The notes beneath the pieces are model-generated. The model did no database searches, was not told the DNA's origin, and worked only from the letters and a program-made list of their open reading frames with translations. Made by a program: the position numbers and the translations under genes. Of a stretch of DNA of 64,000 bases, positions 42,721-55,229 are shown piece after piece (positions within the stretch are counted from its first letter, which is position 1; each line of letters starts with the position of its first letter). Source of the DNA: Tubulanus polymorphus (Eukaryota; Animalia; Nemertea); NCBI RefSeq assembly GCF_964204645.1, contig NC_134025.1, forward strand, positions 25,834,299 through 25,898,298. The letters are read 5' to 3'.

Positions 42721-45601
42721 AACTAACTGCATGTATACGTGAAGGTCATCCTCTGACTAGTTCAGATCTGTGGACCAATCAGGGATTATTGTTGACCATG
42801 AAATTGACAATAGTAACTGACAAATCTTCGTTGATGTTCCCTTGGATATTTTACAGAATGTTTTAATGGAGATTTTAAAACGAAAAGACCTCTAACTTGT
42901 CTGTGACTCCTTAAGTTTCTATATGCTAATATTCTTTTGAACTGTCATTGATTCAGTAATGTTGTGAAATAATCAACTCAATGATTGACAAGTCATACAG
43001 TTTCACTTATGAGTTAATAATATTCTAACGCTAGAACCTAGACAAGTGCTCTTTTAATTGTGGCTACTACCTAAAACTATCTGTAACAGCTAGGACTTGC
43101 CCATATTCTCTCTAAATTTTCACATTTCACAATTAACATGTTTCAAGAACATTGTTGTATTAATTAATCTATGCATAAAGTCGAGATGCAGCGAATTTAC
43201 CAAGCCAACATCATTGAAGTGATGAAATATGATAATGATGTGATAAATCATAATCACCGTTTTGATCTAACTCAACCTTTGCAAACACAAATTCTAATAT
43301 ATACTCTAATTTGAAATATTATACTGTAGACAATTCATAAGCAGCCAGTGAAATGAACTTTGCTTTGAAAAAAATTGTCCTTATTTGATTGTATTTAATG
43401 CTGCAGTGGAAACTTTTAGGAAAGTAAATGATTTACTGGTGCTAGATTAAAGAGTACAACCAGGTATATAATTCTGTTTTTAATTAAAGCCTCGAAAGTG
43501 TACGTAAATGAATTCAATTGTGTTATATGTATCACTGGGAAAAGTTAGTGTTGTTCAAAGTTACGCATTGAGTAAAATAAGGGAATGATCGCAGTACCCT
43601 TACATCAGTCAGGGGAAATATGAATGTTCTGTGGTATATAGATATATACATATATAAATACGTGTGTATACATACATAAACGAAGTTCTGTACTTAAAAA
43701 TGTGTTGCTGAATCCGTTATTATTTAAACGCATTTATTTTGAACAGTATGTTAAATGATATAAGAAAATACATGTACATCGATTAGTCGTTGATGAAATG
43801 ATGATTGATATGATATCTACATTAATGCATTGATGTGTGGTCTCAAATATTATTCAATACAGTGATTACTATAATAATGATAATGATGTTGATAACAATG
43901 CATTGCATGTTTTTGCTTTTTAAGTCGATTTATAATGTGCGAAATGCTCTTCGTAATATAACGTATCACTCAGTTGATATTATCTGGTTTGTAGATGTGC
44001 CATCATCGCTATATTTGAGCGGCAATTTACGACAGCGATTTGTACCATTTAGTTTGTGTACACGCCTGCCTGAGTTACTATCACCAGAGACGTGCTATAT
44101 GAAAAATAACATGAGGCTCTATTAGTGATTTATTCTAAGTATTCGATGATATTGTGTTAATTGTTCTGAACGATATTCTCAAGTCATTAATAGAAGTATG
44201 AAGTGACTAGTTTTTTGCTCAAAAGCATATTTTGTGTTAACTTATTCATGCGTATGTAGGTTAAAATATTAAGGAAAAGTCTTCAATACGTGCAATAGTT
44301 GAGCATTCTTCATTACAATTCTCTATATTACAATGTCCAAATTTGAAATATAATTGTATACATTGGCTGATTTCAATTAAGTCTTTTTTGGGTTCCAATT
44401 TTCATTTATGTGAACGAACCTATGCGCATAGTTATAAAAAACCATGTATCGTAGTTCCATTCACATTAAAGAAGCCATTTCATTCAAATTGTTAAAGATT
44501 TAATTTTTTACTTTCAATTCAACATGTGAAAGGAAATGTGATAAGATTTCCCCTTTAAAAGTTATCTCTGTTATAAGGTGTTGGTGATACTAATTTTCTT
44601 GTGTTCACACCTATGTTGTGTACACCATTGTCGACTGAGTTTACACTGGGGTATACATTGTTAGTGTATTGATTCTTGGTGCCTCACAAGAAAACTGTGG
44701 CTCCAATAAAATACTGCTGCAGTAAATTTGTCTCTTTTCCTTTATTTGATATTTTCATCTCTTTCATCAATTTCCTTGGAGAAATTAGTCTACATGTCTA
44801 GTTTGTTGCCAATGTTGACCCAATGTCCACAGCCGGTGGTTTGTAGTAGTAAGGCCTTATTAACACTTTTAGTATGGAACTGAAAAAGTCAGTGACATGT
44901 GCTTATGAATAATCACAATAATCCCTATTGACCTACCTTGTAGCCGACACATGATTTAATACTAAACTTTTTAACCAAAATCAAAAGAATATTTTGGGTG
45001 AAATGAATTGGAATCATTGAAGTGTCTTTAAAGTCAAAAGGAAAATATTATTAAACAAGGCATTAGCATTGATGGAATTGGCAATTGAAACAATATTAGC
45101 CCGACATATTAAAAATACCTCGACCGCCTAGTGCTGCCCCTATGTATAACGATAGCGGGGAAAACGTGAACTAACACAATACTCGCTTGCCAAAGTCTCC
45201 GTACGGCTTACTGGTCAAACTATTTACCGATTTGCGGGCCGGATTCCGAGAAAATTCTCGTACTCTTAGGACGGCAGTGAAACTACTCAACTTACAATCT
45301 ATAATAGAATTAGTTCTAAAAGAGTAAATTTGTTCCAGATTTGTTTAAGAGAGGGCGACGGATGTACTATCATTTTCTCACAATGTTATGGAAGTTAGAA
45401 AGTGGAAGTTTTGTCAATGCCTTAGATAGACGATCATTCAAACATGTTAATAATCTATTCTGTATATAGATACTACAAAGAAGTAAAGCACAGCAATGGC
45501 ATTGTTTTTAATAAATAAAGATGTATTCCCATATATACAATAGATACATATCAATCATGCATTAGATTAGCACAGTCCCGAGCACCAAATCAATTGTTTT
45601 C

Positions 45602-48600
45602 CTAATTCCCGGTTTTAGTCGTCAGCAAAAGGTTTATCTGTAATGGAAGAAGAGACTTCAATTAGGAATTTGTCACTGCTCAATAGACATGAATTCATGA
45701 TGAAGCACAAGATACCTGGTCATTTGATGGAGCTGCAATTATTAAAACATCATCATCTGCATACTGTTCAATTATCAACGTATTGAGTTGTTGAAAACTT
45801 TGTTGGACATTCAACTGAAAATGAGTTAAAAAGGCAACATAATTACATATTGTTCTTCAATTACCGCACTTCAATTGATTCAGAATCAGGATGAACCGAA
45901 ACCTACTCTGATTGGCTTGAACAGGATGTATTCTGTATCCTTATTGGCTAGGTAAAGATTCATCGCACGAGCAATGATTGGCACTTTAGTTTTCAGCAGT
46001 TTGTAAGTTTCAGCTACGACATCGTGAAGCTTTTCTGGGTTGGCGAAAGGTTGAGATCTCAACGAAACATGAGGCGCATCTTTATCCTTAGCCATTTGCG
46101 TGATGACAACAGCCTAGAATTACGAAAGAATGCAAATACCGGTAAAACCAGTAAAAATAAAATTCAATAACCTCACCGCATTATTCTCACATGATCGCTG
46201 TTTTTACCTTGTTGAGAAACTGCTGCAGTGGACCTATAAACATATCGGTGCAGGTTCGAATGAATTCCTCGCAACTTTTCTTCAGCTGGTTGTCGACGTC
46301 ACGTTTCGAGTCGACGAGGTGTTCAGTCACCTGTGGCGTTCCTTCTAACAGAAACTGCAGTAAAGCATTCGTCGCATTCATCGCAAATAATTTCGACCGC
46401 TTCTGTATCAGTCCAAAAGCAGCATCTTCAATTAGAATTTGAAAACATATATAAGCCATATGAAAATAATACGATTCTCGATTAAACCTAGACAAGTGCT
46501 CTTTTAAACAAACGGAAGATTTATTCGTTACCTTTGATTTTGCTGAAGTCTAGAGATGTCTCTTTAATGGCGAAGTCGATGTGAAATGGCGCAATTTGTT
46601 CTCTCAGTATGAGCAAATGTTTTATTAGGAATAGCAGCCCATCCACAACAGCCTGAAATAATGACAAATCTCAACTTACTCGGACATGCTATCATTTTGG
46701 AATACATGGAATCATTTTAATTTTTCTGACTTCCTTCCCCTATCCTTAACTCGGACTCCGTTAACCTCAGACCAATTTTACCAGTCCCAGTTTGTCCGAG
46801 CTAGGTGAGGTTTACTGTATTGATACTTACCTTCTGTTTAGTGATTGTTTGACTGGCAGTGACTAGTGAGTGAACACATAAACTAAGAGCCTCCTGAGAC
46901 AGACCTTGGAATGTAGTTTTCTGCACAAGAGAATAAGATAATAGATATTACATAAAGATGAAAAAGTCGAGTTCGCAGCCTTAATCGTATCGCTTACATC
47001 GATGCATCTTGAAAGTTTCGAAAGACAAACGAGCGTTCTTCTAACAGTTGGGTACCACATGCCGTGAAGGTCAGCAGGTGACATCGGCATATTACTCACA
47101 GATCCTCTATCTACAGAAATAATCAAAACATGGTTATTTTCAGCATGGTTTTATCTAAACCAAAGATCGGACTCAAAGTCAGTGATTCGTACTAACCTGA
47201 TACAGGAGACATTATACTAGATCGACCATTCGTTAGATTACTGGTACCATTCTCTTCAAAAACCTCCGGCATTATTTCAGCTGCATTAGCATTGATCGTG
47301 GCAACTTCTTGGCTATTCAGAGACATGTTTGAATTCGTTCTCGAAAGCTGCCTGTCCTTTTTCAAACTCTCAGCGATACTCTTAAACGAAATAAACAGTT
47401 AACAGAGTAACAAAAAATATCACGGGAATTAGATTCATTCTCAAATTCCTTCCACTATACTGACTTCCATCATCTCAAGTTTTTCAGGATAAGCCAGATC
47501 ACCGGCTGCTGGTTTGTAGCCGAGAATATCACTTTTGATGTAGATGTACGTCCTGTATACGAGCCGTTCTTGAACATCTTCGAGCATTTGTGAGCAGATC
47601 GTTTCGAATGAAGTCAGTTGATTTGCTGGAAATAACAAGAAGAATCTATTTACTAATAGCAATTGAAAATCATTGAACGTAACCTCATCGCTTATGAACA
47701 CTTACGATTGTTAGAAACATGTTCATCTAACATTTCAACCTACAAGACAAAGTTCTGGATCTGTCAGTTGACAATTGAAATGCAAATACGGTTTTCATAA
47801 CAAAATGAAACGTTTATTCAACAATGAATAAAGAATGGCAAGCATTTATTTGAAAAAATTTATAACCGTAACCATACATGAAGTACATAACTTAAAAGAA
47901 AGACAAACCCAATATTTCAACTACCTACGTGGGGTAAATAATTCAACCTTGACATAAATATTGAACATATACATCTCGATACATTCATACAGTACCATTA
48001 AGTGAAAGAGGTGGTCAATAAACATAAACAGTGTATTTAACATTTAGTGAGGGCTAGCATGCTGAACTTCACAGGAACGAGTAAACCCAGGGGCATGTGG
48101 TATTCTGTGCTATAAACTCCAAACTCTAACTAGACGACAATTTGATGAAACTTCCGAAATTTCTCTAGAAATTATTTGGATTTTATGACACATTTGTTCT
48201 TAACTTTGATTAAAACTAATACCCTAGAAAGATCTGGAGATGGGGACTGACTTTCGCTGTGCATCTGTAAGGATGAGACTCAGATATTTGTAAAGCAAAA
48301 TCAGGTAAAAATCAAGTTTCCAAGTTGGAGAAAGACGTCTTTTTATATAAGTGACAGAAAAACAAGAAGTGTTAAGAATTAAGCAAATAAAATGACTTGA
48401 AAATTACATCAATGTACATGTAATTCTAATAGGTGATTATAACAAAAAAATTAAAAGTGAATTATCAATTGAAATGTAGAACTACAATTACATGTCAACC
48501 ACCAAATAGACAGGGAGATAGCAATGAGTTTATCTGCAGGTAAATTTAGCTATTTCATTTTCATTGTAAATGTTTATCACTGATTTAATGCGTTTACATA

Positions 48601-51113
48601 TGGAGTACTTTATCATATACGATTATCTTACCTTCAATATGCTGCATAGTTCTGATAAAGTCTCGAGGTGATTTATATGAATAATTAGAGGACGAAACAC
48701 ATCATATAACAGTGTACACAATCGTTGTAACATATGACTGCAAACAGATAATAGGAAAGATTATTCATGGTTTGATGCATAATGGACCGAAACGCTGGTT
48801 TTATGTAGTTGTCAATCTGCTGTCTGTACCCAATCCTTCAGACGATCCCCATTTGAATGACAAAGTCTAGATGAACATATTTTTAACAAATGATGAATGT
48901 CTGTCTAAAATTCATAGTTAAGACATGACACCCTTATTCATTTTCAAAGAAAAATGTCTGGGGTACTACCACAGGGGGCGATGCCTGGACGAACATGTTT
49001 TGGTAAAATGGTGAATGTCTGTCGAACGCCTGAGGGAGGTGTGTACAGACAGCAGGTTGATAGCTGCATTAATATCGATGTTAACTCACTCTAGCTGCAT
49101 GGTATGTTCCGTGAAAAACTGATTATAAAGTTGATATTCGTCTTCACAAACGTGCACCAAAAATGCGCAGCCACTTCGCATCTGACAAGATAAAAGAATA
49201 GAAAATAACCTGTGTATCTTTGCTGAACAATTCCACAGGGTTTTTGGAAATTCTAAGAAGACTCTACACACCAGTGCGCAGTGATCTCTATTGTGTTTAG
49301 TAGCTAATTCAGCGACGGCTTGAGAAATGCTCGGACCGAGTAATGTTTCACGCTGAGAAAAATAACACTGGTGACAATCTGATAATAGCTGTTCATACCT
49401 GAAATAAGCGCCCAATGAAATAAGTAACGAGGGAGGGGCAGCAGATATTTTATGAGGGATGTCTGCCTTTCAGGTGGCAGTAAAAATGAAAGGAGTGATT
49501 GTGGAGAACTATAGAACTACTTACTCTGAGCTGACACCTCTACGTTGTTCCATTTGTTCCATCAGGGCTTTTACCCGAGGAGCGTTTGTCCGAAATTTAC
49601 CGTAAAATAATGTGAATGCGTTATCATCCGTACCAGTTATATCCTAGAAATCCGAGATTAAATCAGTTGTCAGGACTGTTAAATTCAAGATTGTACCTAC
49701 ATCCTCAGATTGAGCCATCGAGGATTGAATTTACCTTCCGTGGCATCGCGTTTAGAGTGGCATTTTGAAGGATGTTGACGACGTGAGTCTTAATGAGCGT
49801 TAATGCTTTCGACAGTGACTGCTTGAAACGTGCCAAATATACCGGAGATTCTTTATAACGAGGCTGAAAGTAAGAATCACACAAAAGATCGGTTCCAAAT
49901 ATATCTCATTTCTGGTGTTGTAGTCGTTTACATTGATGGTTACAATGACTTACATTTTTGTTTAGGTAAGCTATGCATTCGTCAATCCTGGATAGAGTCG
50001 GTACAAATGAATCACTTGTCACAGTCAGCGTAGGTGCACCCAGTCTCTGTGAAAAATACAGCATTTTTTGGTAATTTATTTCTTATTAAATGCCGTGAAA
50101 AATGATGGAAAGTACCGAGAAGATATCTTACACTGGTAATCTTGTCCAATTCATTAAAATATGACAACTTGTTTTGGATGGTCTCAGCTTGGTTGACTAG
50201 TTTCGTCTGAAACAGAGAATTAAAGGTTTAGACTCGGTACGCAAAATGCTATGAAAAGTATTTCTAACATTTTACCTGTTCATCCAATAAGTGTTCACAA
50301 GCTTCGTGGAGCGCATTCGTTTTCGTTGAAACGTGTACGTATTGATTCATCAGTTCTTGCAGATGATCTAATGCAGTGGTAACTTCATTCAGTATCTGAT
50401 CGCACTGCTCTCCGTAATCAGCTAACTGGTCCAAATAAAAACTACAAGAAAAAGGAAAGAGACAAATTAAAATACTTGTTGTTCATAGAGGACAAGCTGT
50501 TGGTCAAATATATATGATCCTACCCGTATTGCAAATCATCTTCAGTTTTCACCTTGTCCTCAATTTTCGAATACCAGAGGAAAAACTGTTGGGCATTCTC
50601 TATCGTTTGTTCTTCGATTTCTAAAGCAGCGAATCCCTTTGCTATGATATCGTCCTCCGACCCTGTCGTACCACTGGTGGTACTGGAATGTAGATTCGGC
50701 ACACCAGGAAATTCATCAAGAGGCAACTGAAATTACAATATGCTGAGTTCAAGTACGATATGGATGATTGATTTCCATAGAAAATTAGTTAGAAAGCATA
50801 AAGCACTAATAAAGATTCACTTTCCAGGACCCAGACCTATGCCACAGTACAGAACGTACATTACAGATTGTGATGACATTTGACAGCCAGCAAACCCGGA
50901 AGTAAAAATATTAATATGTTAACAGTTTTCGACTATTAAATGCCCTCATTATGTTACCTCAATTGGTAATTGTTTATTTCCAACGTGACCAGTTAGCTCC
51001 AAGATTCCGTGTCTCTGTCGTTCAGTCAACGGAGCTTTAGGGGACGATTTGGCTTCCCAGGCGGAGAGTTTTTCTCTCAAAACCTTGTTCGAAATTGTAA
51101 ACGTGTCAGCCAT
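45602..51113 (-). CDS. COG3: Conserved oligomeric Golgi complex subunit 3 (Sec34), multi-exon
   Basis: MADTFTIS...[110 protein letters not shown] at 45604-45602. Confidence 0.96.
46664..46819. mobile_element. Degenerate Tc1/pogo-type MITE in a COG3 intron
   Basis: The right end reads TA-CAGTAAACCTCACCTAGCTCGGACA on the minus strand; a degenerate inverted copy ...tctcaacttactcggaca lies at the left end. Confidence 0.45.
48805..49067. mobile_element. ~260 bp MITE-like inverted-repeat element in a COG3 intron
   Basis: Perfect 13-bp core ctgctgtctgtac (48817-48829) / gtacagacagcag (49043-49055), extending imperfectly to ~40 bp. Internal direct repeat ctagatgaacat / ctggacgaacat. Confidence 0.6.
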
Positions 51114-52149
51114 TTTTGTTTGGGCCCGGTTCCTACTCGGTTGCCGGTGCATACTTCGATTCGCTTGCGGCTAATTGTCTTTCATCGCAAATATCGTCCT
51201 TTAGAAAAAAACCTATTAAATTTGTATCACTTGCCGAAATAGGATGCCAACTTAAGAAAATTTTATCCTTCGATGTATTGCTTTGTAAATAGCAAATTAC
51301 GGGATTCGAAACTGAACATCACAAACTTTGCGCCAATCATCGCTCAGAACGGACTGACGCACCATTGGCGCGAAAATGCGAATGCAAAGTTCTCACCGAC
51401 TGGATTTATGTTTCATAGTGTATACTTAAAAATCTTTTTTAAATCAAAATTATAAAAAAGCGAATGCACAAGTTGAATCACTTACCATCATGCAGATTCC
51501 CGATTAGCGTGCTCTTGACCATTCTCTTTGTTGACGTCAGTTTTACAGTATCATTTCTTTTTACAGAGTATTTTCCCTATTACAACTCTTTGTTGACATC
51601 CATCAATTTTAAAGTATTATATCTTTTTACGAAGTGAAGTCTGTCTAAACATTGACTGGTTTCGTGAATCTAGATAGTACAGTTTTCCATGTGCGTGGGA
51701 AGTATCATCTTGGGCCGTACCAAACGCGTCGACTAATTATAGGCTGAGGAATTTGGAATTTAGAAAAAAAGGGAATGGGTTGGGTTTCAAAAAAGCGTAT
51801 ATCCCGTATATCGGAGGGACAAATAAAATTACGTACAGTCATAATTTTGATAATAAACGTAAATATGGATGGAATTTCCGGGAAAACGATATTTGGAGGT
51901 TGAGACCCATGAAGTTTCGAAGGTTCGGGGTATTTGGAGGTCGGTGAGTCTATCTGGTAGACCAGGTAGCGTGCGGGAACGAGTTACCGAACTGAGGATC
52001 GAATGCATCTCGGATTATCTGGAGACACTAGTAACTTGTAAAGGATCTTGTGGTCAGGGAGGTCGGGCTATTAGTAGATCGGCTATGTGGAGGATTGTGG
52101 TATCAGGGTATTGGAGGAGGGAGGATGGTGGTGATATTTGGTGGCAGAT

Positions 52150-52765
52150 TTGGGTACCAGTACTAGTAGTCCTACTGGTATTGCCATTAGGCAGTCATCG
52201 CAGTCTAAGACGGCATATATTCCTGACACTGCAAGGCTGTCCCGCCTTCCCAACTCTCAATGTGCACAAAATACGACGCGCATTAGTAGGAGGGAAGGAG
52301 TTTGGGCTTGGACTGAGGTTTATTACCGCAGTCCTATTGTTTTCCACTGTGCGGTGAGGATAACAGTACCCAGGGCCTCTCTTTAAGCCCCGGGTACGGC
52401 CTACCCATTGAATGGGCAAGTTCAAGGGTTTTTCAAGAAATTTATGCGTGAGCCTCAGCCCTCGCATCTTTGAAAAATCCTATATGAAAGCTTATCCCCC
52501 CACCAGAAATAAATGGGGGGAGAGGGGCAGTTCCCAGTGTTTCTCAAAGCTTGCAATGCTTTGATGACAAACCTGGGAACCGCCTCGTTCGCTTAAGTTC
52601 CCAGGGTTTTTATAATGATAAATGCATGAGCCACGGCCCGCATCTGAAAAACCCTGGGAACTTCTTGCCTCATTCAATGTGTAGGCTAAAATTGCAGTGT
52701 CAGAATTTTGCCGTCGATCTTGAGACAATCGAGCCGATTTGGTACTACCGGTAGGGTACCAGTTG
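52150..52765 (-). ncRNA. Putative structured RNA domain (nested multi-branch fold), family unrecognised; strand tentative
   Basis: Nested stems 52209-52234/52692-52715 and 52399-52420/52664-52686 enclose seven hairpins, including a perfect 17-bp stem 52595-52611/52647-52663. Confidence 0.6.
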
Positions 52766-53859
52766 ATAGATTCCCGTATAGAAGTATTAGTAAAGATGGG
52801 ATTGGGAGGGTATATAGAAAGAAAGTTCATTTCAAGAAATCGTTTGAAGATGGGAAGTTTGGGATTGATAAAGTGCTTGAGGTTAATGCGGGGATGGGGA
52901 GGGGCTGACTACAAACAGGAATCAACTGTCCGATATAGGTTTCTAAATGGAAACACACGCCTCCGTGCATTAGGAATGGCCAGATAGCTACCAGCAGTGG
53001 GTTTTATATGGATGATGATGTACGAATCCCGGATTTGGGATAAATAGATTGGGGTAATCTTGGACGGAAGAGGATTGTTGGGATCTAGAACGAAAACCAT
53101 GGATATGAAACAATAGATTGCAAGGCAAGGCTGACATACAACCAGACACTACGTAGCCTATGTTGATAAATGAACATCAGTGAGCCAAAGTTTCATTTCA
53201 GTTTGATTGGAAAGTTAGATAGGAGAATTTCTGACACAAGTTGATTATTTATTGTGATAGGTGGAAGATTGGGAAGTTTCAATGTGTATTATTTTGAATA
53301 CGGGAATTTTGTTGCAAGTTTAATTATGGCCGTCAAGCAGCCATTGGTAAAGTTTCAAAATGGCTCATGGATGATGACAAAAATGACTACCAGTTAGTTT
53401 TTACATGAACCTGATTAAGATTAGTCAAAAAGAAAAACAATCATTTAAAGATTGCGCAAGAAGCATTTGATAAAGCAGGAGCGGTGTGGCGGGTGTAAGA
53501 AAAAAAACCGGAAATTTTGGAAAGAGATGGGGCGTAATCTGATCAGGTATCAATGTACAAATAACGTGGCTGAAAAACATCCATTGGTTGCTTTTGAAAT
53601 TGCCACTATTCGTGTATGATGACAAGAAGGCTACCTGTAAGCTGTGATTTTAATTATTTGCAAATTATTTCGGAGAATGATTTGAAAGTGACCACGCGTT
53701 TGGCAGGCGATCTGTACAGATATGTAAATACATCAGGATAACTGCACCAAATTTACATAATTATTTGCAATATTTTACATTATTCGTGAAATCCACTGCA
53801 CCATAAATAATGCATGAGATCACCCGAAAATCTAAGTATTTGCGTTCATGCCCATGCTT

Positions 53860-54985
53860 GTGATCCATACTTAACCCTTGAATGAGTGTTCCCACTCTGT
53901 CTCGGAGAGCAACACAAAAACTGGCCATTAGATATAAGTATTGACTTTACCATCGATGTATGGATCACCTGATACTTTTCTACAAGTCGATCGTTTAGAT
54001 TTTCGAGGACACATACGTAAGTTTGTACGAAATTTCATTATTATCGGTTTAGACAGACCAGGGAGGTCTCTCGCACCTCCCAACATACATTGCGTACTGT
54101 ACATCATTTGTGATGATGGATGCCGAAACAAGTTAACAAACATTGGTCACGCTCCTGATAGAGTGTGATAGGGTACCCTAGTACTTTGATTACTTTCATG
54201 AACAACTTATTCCGAATACATGATCTTAAGCTTTGCGAACTTTGCAAAATTAGGAAAACATTTTGTTGCGTATCATTATTGAACTCGTGGATACGTGAGT
54301 TCGAGAAAATTTGAGACAGTTTCCTCCTGATACATGATCGTTGCGTCACATATAGCACTTTAGTTAGTTTTTCAAGGCGACGACTTTTTCCACTTCGGAA
54401 CATAGGAAAATGGTCTCCAAATGGTGGAGCATCATAATCCCTGAGTCATGTATGATACGCGAGACTATCGCGGGTAGATATGTAATAAACCGGCCCGTGG
54501 TTTGAAAAATTACCCCTTTTACATTACGTACTCACATATCATATAATACTTCTTTTCGTAGGATCTTTACATAATTATAGTTAGATCTCAATGTGACATC
54601 AAATATGTTTGTTCATTTGCATGAAATATCGTGTGGCCATCTCAGTATTTCTGTCGTCTGAGATTTTACACAAATGTATAAACGTTACATAATTGTTTTC
54701 ATTTTGAACACCTCGTTCATAAGACATTAAAATAACGATACCCGGCTGATGGTACCAAGCTTTGCTCTAAGAAAAGGCAATCATCTAATGAATGAATGAA
54801 GATACTATTCTGTAATCATAGATGTTTCGTGCCTTATTGTAATTTTGAGACATTTGAGTCGGTGATCCAAACTTATGGGAAACGATTTTAGGACGGTTTC
54901 TCTCATTTAGACATAAGTAATACAACCTAAACTGGCCCTAGTTTTTGATGTAATATTTATCATGCACATGGAGTTTGGATCACGG
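53860..54985. ncRNA. Putative structured RNA region with two homologous GTGATCC stems and many short hairpins
   Basis: Perfect stems 53860-53870/53958-53968 and 54862-54873/54972-54983; hairpins at 54061-54081, 54147-54168 and 54281-54302. Confidence 0.4.
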
Positions 54986-55229
54986 AGTGGTTGTTGATAT
55001 AACACAAAAATATTAACAAAGATACTAACATAGGTAAAACTATAGCTTATAGGTAGAGATGCAGTGTAAAAAGCTATTTATGATATAAACACAAGTAAAA
55101 CTAGGTGATGCAGTGTAAAAGGGTGCATCAGAGAAATAGTTTAATTTTTGGAAATATTTGAATTTTAGAGATTTTTTTGTTTGAATTTTTACAGTTTTAA
55201 AATGTTTTTGGTATTTAAAAAAAATTACT

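Noticed and set aside
52426-52663. Duplicated hairpin loops (CUGAG/CCGUG) as iron-responsive or Smaug elements
   Set aside because: They lack the IRE bulged C five pairs below the loop and the CNGG loop of an SRE.
51753-53100. Several overlapping 60-160 aa ORFs on both strands
   Set aside because: No recognisable domains or splice structure; explained by G-skew and higher GC in a structured non-coding region.
53365-53420. C/D box snoRNA (ATGATGA...CTGA)
   Set aside because: Only ~45 nt between the boxes, with no terminal stem or guide identified.
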